Assembly (NCBI GenBank): GCA_964495125.1 | Contig: CAZBUU010000001.1 | Location: 30,370 to 94,369, forward strand | Direction of reading: 5' to 3' | From: an uncultured Rubrivivax sp. | GTDB lineage: Bacteria > Pseudomonadota > Gammaproteobacteria > Burkholderiales > Burkholderiaceae_C | Length of the DNA: 64,000 nucleotides | The notes under the pieces: model-generated | Seen by the model: only the letters and a program-made list of their open reading frames with translations | Databases searched by the model: none | Told to the model about the DNA's origin: nothing | Shown here: positions 38,301 to 46,480 of the stretch, in pieces | Position numbering within the stretch: the first letter of the stretch is position 1 | How the letters are laid out: each line of letters opens with the position of its first letter | Made by a program: the position numbers and the translations under genes

Positions 38301-41300
38301 TGCGGGTGGCTTCCGGCACCTTGCTGGCGCCCGAACTGCAGACCTGGCAGTTGTCCACGGGCTACCGCACGCAGGCCAGCGGCGCCATGCGCGCGGCCGT
38401 GGCGGTGCCGGCGGCCGTGGACGAGGCCCTGGCCGACCGCAAGCCGGTCAACGTGACGCTGGCCGCGTCCGCGCCGCTGAACCCGGGCCTCGGCCAGCCC
38501 GGCGCCAGCGTGATCATCGAGCGCGGCGCCGGCATCTCGCTGGAGGCTGGCGGCTCGCTCACGCTGAGCGCCACGCGCGACATCGAGGTCGGGGTCAGCG
38601 GCGGCAGCGCCGGCCAGGCCGCGCTGCTGCAGGCGCCGGGCGGCACGCTGCGGCTGGCCATCACCGGCCTGCGCGGGGCCGCCAGCGCCACCACGCCGGG
38701 CGAGGACCCGGCCGGTTTCCTGCGCGACCAGGTGCTGTGGATCGGCAGCGATGCGCTGCTCTCGGTGGGTGGCGTGGCCGAGCTGCGCACGCTCGTGGCC
38801 CCGTCGGTGCTGACGACGAGCGCCGGCGGCGCGAACGACGCAGGCAGCCTGCAGGGGCGTCTGACCGGCACGGTGCTCGGTGGCGGCCTCCTCGCGCTGG
38901 AGGCCCAGCGCGGCTACGTCGTCGTGGATCAGGGCGCACGGCTGAACCTGGACGGCGCGGTCGCAGCGTTGAACCTGCCCGGCCTGGACGGCCCGACCAC
39001 GGTGGCCAAGGCCGCCGGCACGCTGAAGGTGTCCAGTCCCGAGGGCATCGTGCTCGACGGCAGCATCTCGGCCCGGCCTCCGCGTGACGCGGCGGGCCTG
39101 CCCCTGGCCGATGGCGGCCGGCTCGACGTGGCGGTGGGCCTCTACGGGGTCAATAGCTTCACCGCGGGTGCGGCCTACGAGACCGCCTTGCGCCAGCTGG
39201 TGGTCGATGACCGCAGCGGCATCGTGGCTTCCAGCGGCGCGCGCTTCGGCGGCGACCTGTCAGTGGCCCTGGGCAACGGTACGGCCTACCTGCCGGCCTC
39301 GCTGCTCACCGGCTCGGGCTTCGACGCGCTCAGGCTCGGCGCGGGCGACCGCATCCGTTTCGACACCAGCGTCAGCGCCATCAAGCCGCTGGCTGTGGTG
39401 CTGGACGCACCGGCCGTGGCGGCCAAGGCCGGTGTCGACGTCGAGTTGGGCGGCTCGTATGTCTCGATCGGCGACCGCGCGATACAGCGGCAGGGCACGA
39501 CGGAGCCCGACCGCGACGCCAGCCTGCCGGCGCCGGGGTCGGCAGCAACGTGGCTGCGATTGCGTGCCGACACCATCGAAGTGGTGGGCCAGGGGGCGCT
39601 GCAGGGCTACACGGACGTCACGTTCGAGGCCGGCAGCGAGATCCGCTTCAGCTCCATCTTCAGCACGAACCTCTACCAGCTGGACTTCGCCGGCGTGCTC
39701 ACGCTCTCGGCGAGCCAGATCTACGCGACGACGGGAACGCGCTTCGCCCTCGCCGGGCTCGCCGCCGCCGACGAGGCGGACGCCGGCAGCCGCCTCGTGC
39801 TGCGCACGGGGCCGCAAGGCGCCGCGGCGATGAGCCCGCTGTCGGTGTTCGGCTCGCTCAGCCTGAGCGCGACCTCCATCGACCACGGCGGCGTGCTGCG
39901 CCAGCCTTTCGGTGCCCTCAGCCTCAGCGCGGAGCGCGGCCTGGAGCTGCGCGCCGGCAGCATCACCAGCGTCAGCGGCGACGGCGCCACGCTGCTGTAC
40001 GGCACCACCACCAACCTGTCCGACTGGCAGGCCGCCACCGGGGCGAGCCTGACGCAGTTGCCCGTGGAGAAGTCGATCCAGCTGCGGGCCGCGACGCTCA
40101 CCACTTCGCCGCAAGCGCGGGTCGATGCCAGCGGCGGTGGCGCCGTCAAGGCCTGGGAGTTCTTCGCCGGCGTCGGGGGCAGCAGCGACTACTTCCTGAG
40201 CGACGGCCTGTACGCCGTGCTGCCCGACTACGCCACCACCGCCACGCTGGCGCTGACCGGCAGCGGGCTCGACATCAGCAATGCTGGCCGAGAGCTCGTC
40301 GTCACGATGGCGGGCTCGGGGCTGGCCCCTGGTGCCTACACGCTCATGCCGGCGCGTTTGGCGCTGCTCGCGGGCGACCTGCCGCAGGGCGCCTTCCTGG
40401 TGCGCCGCGCCAGCGACCAGGGCAGCGCGGTGCTGGGCGCGCCGCTGCGGCAGGACGACGGCAGCGTGGTCGTCACCGGCTACACCCGGGAAGTCGGCTC
40501 GGCCGCCGTGGGCGCGCCGGGCGAGCGTTTCGTCGTCGAGTCGGCCACCACCTTCGGCGCGCGCAGCGACATCCGGCTCACGGACATCAGCAGCTTCCTG
40601 GCGCAGCGCGCCGCGCTGCTCGGCAACGCCACGCCGGCGCTGCCGCAGGATGGCGGCCGCGTGCAGCTGGCCACCACCGGCAGCCAGCAGTCGCTGTGGC
40701 AGGCCGGTCTGGCGCTGGGGGCGGCCGATGGCAAGGGCGGCACGCTGGACGTGACGGCGACGCGGGTCGTGCTGGTCGACGACCTGCTGACGCGCACGCC
40801 CGCCGACGCGCTGGGCCTCAGCGCCGACTCGGTGGAGCGCAGCGGCGCCGGCAGCGTGCTGCTGGGCGGCGTTCGCAAGCTGACGGCCAGCACCGAGGCG
40901 GGCGTGCCGGTCTACGCCATCGATGCCAGCGGCACCTCGGTGGCCGAAGTCGATCTGCGTTCGCGTCCGCTGAACCTGGAGGAACTTCTGCTGGCCACAT
41001 CGGGCACGCTGACCATCGCCGCGGACAGCCGCATCGTCGCCAGCGGACCGTCGACCCTTGGCGCCCGGGCCCTGACGCTGTCGGGCGACGGTGCCTTCGC
41101 GGCCGTGAGTGCCAATCCGCTGCAGCTCAGCCGCTCCGGCGCTGCACTGGCGTCGGGCCAGCTGGTCCTGGGGGCCGCCAGCACGCTCAGCGGCGCGCAG
41201 GTGGAGCTCGACGCCACCGCGTCGCTGCAACTGGCCGCCAGTGCGGTGGTCAGCACCGCGCAGCTGGGCCTGGGCGCGCGGCGCATCGTCGTCGGCTCGG

Positions 41301-44300
41301 GGACCGACGCCGATCCGCTGACCACCGTGCTGGACGACGAGGTGCTGGCGTCGGCCCGTGAGGCATCCGCCTTGAGCCTGCGCAGCTACACGAGCATCGA
41401 CTTCGTGGGTTCCCAGGACTGGGCGGCACGCGACACCGCCGGCGTGGCCACGCGCGTGCTGGACAGGCTGATCCTGGACGCGCCGGCCGTGCGAGGGCTG
41501 GCCCCGATGGGCGGGGGCCAGACCCTGACCGACATCGCAGCGCGCAGCATCGTCATCCGCAACAGCAGCGGCCGCACCGCTTCCGGCCTGACGCCGGGCG
41601 AGGGTGCGCTCGTCCTGCAGGCCCTGCCGGCGCTCCAGTACGGCGTCACCGGCGGCCTGACGCTCGGGCCGGGCCAGGTGCGCCTGGCCTATGCGGACGC
41701 CACCCTGCGGTCGCAGGGCGACATCGTCCTCGCGGGCACGGGGGGCGCCGATGCCCAGGGCGACCTGAGCCTGGTGGCGTCGCGCCTGACCGCCGCCACG
41801 GGCGCGGTGCAATCGCTGACGGCCGCCGCCGGCATCCTGAGCATCGAGCGCGAGCCGCTCGGGCGCACGCTCGGCGAGCGGGTGGGCCAGGGCGCCGACG
41901 TGAGCTTCAGCGCACGCCGGATCGACCAGTCCGGATGGCTCGACCTGCCTGGCTCCAGGCTCTCGCTGCTGGCGTCGGGCGACGGCGGCAACGAGCCCGC
42001 ACTGCGTTTCGGTGCCGGTTCGCTGAGCTCGGTGGCCGGCTTCAACGTGCAGGCCACGGAGGGCTTCGTCGCCTACGGCAGCGCCGGCAGCCTCAGTGCC
42101 CGCGCCGAAACCGGCACCATTGCCGTGCTGGGAACGCTGGACGCCAGCGCGGCCCGGCACGCCGACGGCAGCGCCGGCCAGGGCGACGCCGGCAGCATCA
42201 CGCTGGCGGCCTCTGGCGCTGGCGGCGGCCTGCTGCTGCAGGGCATGGCCGCCGACGGCAGTGCGGTCAGCGGCCGCCTGCGCGCGCTGGCCGGCAGCGC
42301 CCCGGGCGACCGTGGCGGCCAGCTCGACGTGGACGTGGCCACCATGCCCAGCGCCGACGCGCTGGCCGTCGCGGCCACGGCCGGCGGCATGACGCGCGAA
42401 TTCTCATTGCGCGTGCGCAGCGGCGACCTGCAGCTGGCCACGGGCCTGCAGGCCGAGCGCATCGGCATCGCCGCCGATGCCGGCGCGCTGACGATCGCCG
42501 GTGCGGCGCTGCGCGCTGACAGCGAAAGCGGTGGCGTGGTGCAACTGGCGGCGGCCGGCGATCTGAAGCTGGAAGGCGGCACGCGCATCGACGCCCATTC
42601 GTCGCGCCCCGGCGCCAGCGGCGGCGACGTGCTGCTGGCCAGCAGCACGGGCCACGTTCGGCTGGCCAGCGACGCCCAGGTGGAAGCCGGCGGCGACGAC
42701 GCCAACGATGGCCGAATCGTGCTGCGCGCACTGCGCACCGCAGGCGGCGTGCAGGTTGGCGCGCTGAACGCCGCCAACCTGCGCGCGGCCGAGGTGGACC
42801 TGGAGGCCGTCAGGGTCTACGGCCAGGTGACCGTGGGCGCGGAGACTCGGGACATCGCCACCATCGGCAGCGGCAACAGTGCCATCGCCGTGAGCGGCGG
42901 CGTGCGCACCGGCACCCTGGGGCAGGCCAGCGTGCTGGCGGACAGCAATGCCTACATGACGGCGGCGGCAGGCACGCTGGCCCGTCTGGGGGTGGGGGCC
43001 GACGACAGCGCCCGCTTCCATCTGCGTGCAGGCGTCGAGGTGCGCGCCGCCGGCAACCTGACCGTGCGTGACGACTGGGCGCTGAATGCGGCGCGGCCAG
43101 GCGGCGATGCCGGCTTCCTGACCTTGCGCGCCGCCGGCCAGCTGCTGGTGAACGGCTCGATCAGCGACGGTTTCACCGCCGCCACCGCCACCGTCGCCGG
43201 CACCGGTGCGGCCGTGCCGCTGAACGACAACGCGCGCTCCTGGTCGTACCGGCTCACCGCCGGGGCCGATCTGTCCAGTGCCGGTTTGCTGTCGACGCTG
43301 GGCGTGGACAAGCTCAGCAGCGCCGGGGACCTGAGCATTGCCGCGGGCAAGCTGGTGCGCACCGGCGCGGGTTCGATCGAAGTCGCAGCCGGTCGCGACC
43401 TGCTGTTCGGCAGCGGCACCGCCGCGGTGGCGCCGGGGGAAATCTACGTTGCCGGGCGCAAGGTCGCCAACCAGACCAGCGTGCTGTCAACGCTTTTCGG
43501 CAGCCAGACGGCCAAGCCGGCGTTCACCGAGCAGGGCGGGCGGCTGGCGCTGACCGCCGGCCGCGACATCCGGGCTTCGGAATCGACCCAGCTCATCAAC
43601 AACTGGTTCTGGCGCAGCGGCCTGGCGGCCAACGCCACCCAGTACAGCACGGCCAGCCAGCTGGCCTGGTGGACCGAGTTCAGCCGTTTCCGCCAGACCG
43701 TGGGGGCCTTCGGTGGCGGTGGCCTGCACGTGGAGGCGGGGCGCGACATCGTGAACCTGCAGGCCATGGTCCCCACGGCCGGTTGGGCCGACAGCAGGCT
43801 GATGGCCGAGGCCACGCTGCAGCGTGTGGGCGGCGGCGACCTCGAGGTGCGTGCCGGGCGCGACCTGCTGGGCGGTCAGTACTTCGTGGCGGCGGGCGAA
43901 GGCCGCCTGTCCGCCGGCCGCACGCTGGGCGAAGCGGCCGGCAACACGCGCATCCGGCACACCGTGCTGGCGCAAATGGACGGCGCCGACTGGCGATTGA
44001 GCGCCCGCGATGGCCTGACGGCGCCGGGGAGCGTGAACCCGACAGCCCTGCCGGCGTCGTCCAGCGACTCACGCGCCCCGGTCAGCGGCTATTTCTACAC
44101 CTGGGGCGATGGGGCCGCGCTGCGCATGACTGCCAACGCCGGCCTGCTGACCGTGGTGGGGACGCCGGCGGAGTCGGCGCTGGTCGGCCTGGGCCTGTTC
44201 GGCGAATCCGCCAGCGCCCGTTTCTTCGCCGTGTGGCCGGGCACCCTGACGGCAACGGCCTTCGGAGGCGACGTGTCGCTGCTGCCCGTCGAGAGCCTGG

Positions 44301-46480
44301 GGGCCGTGCTGTTTCCCTCCGCCCACGGGCAGCTGGCGGTCCTGGCCTCGGGTTCGGTGAGCCTGGGCTCGGCCTCCAGCACCGTGGCGCGCCTGGCCAT
44401 GGCCGACAGTGACGTGCTCTCTTGGCCGAGTGCCGCACAGCCCGTCTCGCGTGTCAGCAACCCGATCACGGCCGAGGCGGGTCTGGTCGTGACCACGCTC
44501 AATGGCACGGCGTCACAGGTCGGCCTGCACGCGGGCGACGGGACCCCGGCGACGATCGTCGCGGGCGACGAGATCCGCACCTACGGCAACGCCACGCTGC
44601 GGCTGGCCAAGCCGGTGGAGCTGGTGGCCGGCACCGACATCCTGGGCCTGCGCCTGGTGACGCAGAACCTGAGCGGCAGCGATGTCACGACGCTGTCCGC
44701 AGGGCGCAACTTCCTCGCCGGCGAGCTGGGCCTCGTCGAGCTTGGCGGACCGGGCGGGCTGGAAATCAGCGCCGGCAGCCAGATCGACCTGGCCAATTCC
44801 GCGGGCGTGGCCACCGTCGGCAACCAGGGCAACCCGTCCCTGCCGGCCGAAGGTGCGTCCATCCGCATGCAGGCGTCGACGGCGGGCAGCCTGGATCTCG
44901 CCACCCTGGAGCAGAACTACCTCGCCGACGCGGCCGCCGGCGGCAGCGAGCGCTCGGCCACCTACCGCGACGCTCTGCTCGAGTTCGTGCGGGCGGGCGT
45001 CGGCGAGGCCTCGCTCGACTATCCCCAGGCGCTGGCGCTCTTCAGGCGTTTCCCGGCGCAGGCGCAGGCCCGGTTCGGGCGCCAGGTGCTGGCCGCGGAG
45101 TTCGGTCAGGTCTATCTCGAGTCGGCGCTGCCGACGGCGGCGGACTACACCGCCACCCTGCGTTCTGCCTTCGACCGCCGCAAGGCCGACATCCTGGAGG
45201 CGGGTGACCAGGCCCTCGCGGCGGGCCAGTCGCTGTTGCTGCCGGGGCGCGAGAGCCTGGGCGGCGTGGCGCTGGCGAGCTACCTGGCCGAGCTGCGCGG
45301 ATTGAGCTTCGATCAGCTCGACCTCGACGCCACCGTTTCCGCCCGGCTGACCAGCCTGGCCGCCGTGCGCAGCGGGTGGAAGGCGGCCGTGGCCGCCAGC
45401 CTGGGCCGCACGCCCGGAGAGCTGGAGGCGTTGGCCGCGGCCCGGCCCGACGACCCGCTCTCACAAGCCTGGCGCGAGGGACTGGCCAGCCGCAGCGGTG
45501 CCGTGTTCGACCGTTACCGGCTGCAGACCCTGCAAGCCGAGGCGGCCGCCACCGGCGCCGCGGCCTCGCTGTTCGGCAAGAAGTCCCTGCCGATGCGCCT
45601 GGCGCTGCTGGACCAGGGCTTCCTGGCCGCCGAACTGGCCGGCGCCGGCAACTTCACGGCGCGGCCGATCTGGCCCGGCGCACGACCCTTGCTGAGCTAC
45701 GCGGGCTCGATCGAGATGACGCAGAGCGGCATGGTCACCCAGCGCGGCGGCGACATCAGCCTCATCAGCGCCGGGGGGGGCATCAACGTCGGCCTCAAGG
45801 AGACCGCCACGCCCAAGGGGGTGATCACGCTGGGTGGCGGTGACGTCTTCGGCTTCTCGCTCGGCGACTTTCAGGTGAACACGCAGCGCGTGGCCATCGT
45901 CGGCAACGGCGACATCGGCATCTGGTCGACCAGCGGCGACATCGACTCCGGCCGCGGCGCCAACACGGCGGTGGCTGCGCCGCCGCTGACGGCCCGCCGC
46001 TCGGCCGACGGCATCGTCTTCGAGGTCTCGGCCACCACCACCGGCAAGGGCATCGCCATCCTGGAGGACGCGCAAGGACGGCGTGCAGGCTCCGTGGGCC
46101 TGTACCCGGCGTTCGGCGAAATCCTGGCGCTGGACGCCTTCATCCGGGCGCCCAGCGTGGTGCTCGGGGCCAACGTGCAGGGTGCCGACAACCTCATCGC
46201 CACGTCGGTGGGCGGCGCTGCGGCACCGGTGGCCGCGCCCACGGTCAGCGTGACGGCGCCGCCCAGCACGCAGCAGACCGCCAGGGTGGGTGAGGTGGCC
46301 ACCGGTGCGCGCGAAGAGAGCCGGCCGCGCAACAGCCTGCTGACGGTGGAACTGCTGGGCATGGGCCAGGCCACGGCGCCCGAGACCTGCAGCGAGGAAG
46401 ACGAGCGCGCGCGCCGCTGCTCGCGCAAGCCGGCGCCACCTTGCCCGGCCGCGGACGCGGCCAAGGGGCTCTGCAAGTGA
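35336..46480 (+). CDS. Giant filamentous-haemagglutinin-like TpsA exoprotein (3714 aa) with DUF3739-like C-terminus
   Basis: ESPR MNKSLHRLIFSRRLGMRVAVAE; TPS domain (VVNWDSFDIG...LNRI...LLNANGVYFG); long beta-helix-like G/A/S/L-rich repeats; GDIGIWSTSGDIDSGRG C-terminal motif. Confidence 0.9.
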   Translation: MNKSLHRLIFSRRLGMRVAVAETARSCGKVAAAGTVLAAGVLAVTAPALAQTPARPPVVFGSKAANKPAPTQLPKPYANSANKTFRPFAYDPAKGPGTSSSPNDLAAQGLVSWTVNGSSAVFDQGQVPRVVVNWDSFDIGSAATVEFRQSSDTGQLVSALNRIWSADPSVIMGTLKANREVILLNANGVYFGRGARVDTGRFVAAANSLADAVFEKGLRNVTDGSSVFTAPGDGYPATDATGGPIDYRNAVVSVEDGALIRAAAGGDVLLIAPRVTNAGRIETPKGQTVLAAGEKVYLMSSSDSAQRGLIVAVDPFKLGGSTQVDETLGVAENQANGSFKTVGGGTVDDSTPDTTAGLVKQLNEIRADSGTVNLVGLLVRQQGQINATTAVKGANGSIHLQAMGSTVAAVGGTAATTPASRRGWVTEDGSTVRLSAGGGSVEIGAGSVTAVLPSGDGATQLDAEVFNKSRIRVEGESIAVGSGARVEAPSGKVELLAASNRLTSALFDSGLVATLPPTDDSRIVIAPDAFINVAGLAGVQVDGERNQASLRLFRIELADAPVQRDGPLYRGQVYFDLRDGSKVTVADVSAAAASIGRTARERSTAGGELRVAAENAVVVGEGARLDVSGGSLHYSAATIESSLLVRDGHVIAFSNAKAGVSYEALRSDRLLTTVPAYDEGRDGGSLLLDGRRLALAGSLTGQVLEGERQRAGTSPRAAPASLTVGRTLGGGYSLAGVELGGAAAPLDQSLFANPLTAALDALPATAVLSLDAVAQGGFGALALRADEVTQPLFGRLDLGIKGSLDILARTVALDGEFAAPGGSVAVATTSADGSSAATGLGDIGLSGRTRLDTAGRWTNDTRLSGTAGDEPLQLAGGKVTLTAAHSVLAQPGAVIDVSGGARLSGSGSFSSGSAGSISVSAGRSVDFATELRLEGVALRGFDFGAGGTLTLGTPALTVGAADAGALTLAPAFFSSGGFGSITLNAYGDVRVASGTLLAPELQTWQLSTGYRTQASGAMRAAVAVPAAVDEALADRKPVNVTLAASAPLNPGLGQPGASVIIERGAGISLEAGGSLTLSATRDIEVGVSGGSAGQAALLQAPGGTLRLAITGLRGAASATTPGEDPAGFLRDQVLWIGSDALLSVGGVAELRTLVAPSVLTTSAGGANDAGSLQGRLTGTVLGGGLLALEAQRGYVVVDQGARLNLDGAVAALNLPGLDGPTTVAKAAGTLKVSSPEGIVLDGSISARPPRDAAGLPLADGGRLDVAVGLYGVNSFTAGAAYETALRQLVVDDRSGIVASSGARFGGDLSVALGNGTAYLPASLLTGSGFDALRLGAGDRIRFDTSVSAIKPLAVVLDAPAVAAKAGVDVELGGSYVSIGDRAIQRQGTTEPDRDASLPAPGSAATWLRLRADTIEVVGQGALQGYTDVTFEAGSEIRFSSIFSTNLYQLDFAGVLTLSASQIYATTGTRFALAGLAAADEADAGSRLVLRTGPQGAAAMSPLSVFGSLSLSATSIDHGGVLRQPFGALSLSAERGLELRAGSITSVSGDGATLLYGTTTNLSDWQAATGASLTQLPVEKSIQLRAATLTTSPQARVDASGGGAVKAWEFFAGVGGSSDYFLSDGLYAVLPDYATTATLALTGSGLDISNAGRELVVTMAGSGLAPGAYTLMPARLALLAGDLPQGAFLVRRASDQGSAVLGAPLRQDDGSVVVTGYTREVGSAAVGAPGERFVVESATTFGARSDIRLTDISSFLAQRAALLGNATPALPQDGGRVQLATTGSQQSLWQAGLALGAADGKGGTLDVTATRVVLVDDLLTRTPADALGLSADSVERSGAGSVLLGGVRKLTASTEAGVPVYAIDASGTSVAEVDLRSRPLNLEELLLATSGTLTIAADSRIVASGPSTLGARALTLSGDGAFAAVSANPLQLSRSGAALASGQLVLGAASTLSGAQVELDATASLQLAASAVVSTAQLGLGARRIVVGSGTDADPLTTVLDDEVLASAREASALSLRSYTSIDFVGSQDWAARDTAGVATRVLDRLILDAPAVRGLAPMGGGQTLTDIAARSIVIRNSSGRTASGLTPGEGALVLQALPALQYGVTGGLTLGPGQVRLAYADATLRSQGDIVLAGTGGADAQGDLSLVASRLTAATGAVQSLTAAAGILSIEREPLGRTLGERVGQGADVSFSARRIDQSGWLDLPGSRLSLLASGDGGNEPALRFGAGSLSSVAGFNVQATEGFVAYGSAGSLSARAETGTIAVLGTLDASAARHADGSAGQGDAGSITLAASGAGGGLLLQGMAADGSAVSGRLRALAGSAPGDRGGQLDVDVATMPSADALAVAATAGGMTREFSLRVRSGDLQLATGLQAERIGIAADAGALTIAGAALRADSESGGVVQLAAAGDLKLEGGTRIDAHSSRPGASGGDVLLASSTGHVRLASDAQVEAGGDDANDGRIVLRALRTAGGVQVGALNAANLRAAEVDLEAVRVYGQVTVGAETRDIATIGSGNSAIAVSGGVRTGTLGQASVLADSNAYMTAAAGTLARLGVGADDSARFHLRAGVEVRAAGNLTVRDDWALNAARPGGDAGFLTLRAAGQLLVNGSISDGFTAATATVAGTGAAVPLNDNARSWSYRLTAGADLSSAGLLSTLGVDKLSSAGDLSIAAGKLVRTGAGSIEVAAGRDLLFGSGTAAVAPGEIYVAGRKVANQTSVLSTLFGSQTAKPAFTEQGGRLALTAGRDIRASESTQLINNWFWRSGLAANATQYSTASQLAWWTEFSRFRQTVGAFGGGGLHVEAGRDIVNLQAMVPTAGWADSRLMAEATLQRVGGGDLEVRAGRDLLGGQYFVAAGEGRLSAGRTLGEAAGNTRIRHTVLAQMDGADWRLSARDGLTAPGSVNPTALPASSSDSRAPVSGYFYTWGDGAALRMTANAGLLTVVGTPAESALVGLGLFGESASARFFAVWPGTLTATAFGGDVSLLPVESLGAVLFPSAHGQLAVLASGSVSLGSASSTVARLAMADSDVLSWPSAAQPVSRVSNPITAEAGLVVTTLNGTASQVGLHAGDGTPATIVAGDEIRTYGNATLRLAKPVELVAGTDILGLRLVTQNLSGSDVTTLSAGRNFLAGELGLVELGGPGGLEISAGSQIDLANSAGVATVGNQGNPSLPAEGASIRMQASTAGSLDLATLEQNYLADAAAGGSERSATYRDALLEFVRAGVGEASLDYPQALALFRRFPAQAQARFGRQVLAAEFGQVYLESALPTAADYTATLRSAFDRRKADILEAGDQALAAGQSLLLPGRESLGGVALASYLAELRGLSFDQLDLDATVSARLTSLAAVRSGWKAAVAASLGRTPGELEALAAARPDDPLSQAWREGLASRSGAVFDRYRLQTLQAEAAATGAAASLFGKKSLPMRLALLDQGFLAAELAGAGNFTARPIWPGARPLLSYAGSIEMTQSGMVTQRGGDISLISAGGGINVGLKETATPKGVITLGGGDVFGFSLGDFQVNTQRVAIVGNGDIGIWSTSGDIDSGRGANTAVAAPPLTARRSADGIVFEVSATTTGKGIAILEDAQGRRAGSVGLYPAFGEILALDAFIRAPSVVLGANVQGADNLIATSVGGAAAPVAAPTVSVTAPPSTQQTARVGEVATGAREESRPRNSLLTVELLGMGQATAPETCSEEDERARRCSRKPAPPCPAADAAKGLCK

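Noticed and set aside
35336-46480. TpsA as a CDI toxin
   Set aside because: No VENN or similar pre-toxin motif, no recognisable toxin domain and no small immunity gene downstream; the next gene is a GT41
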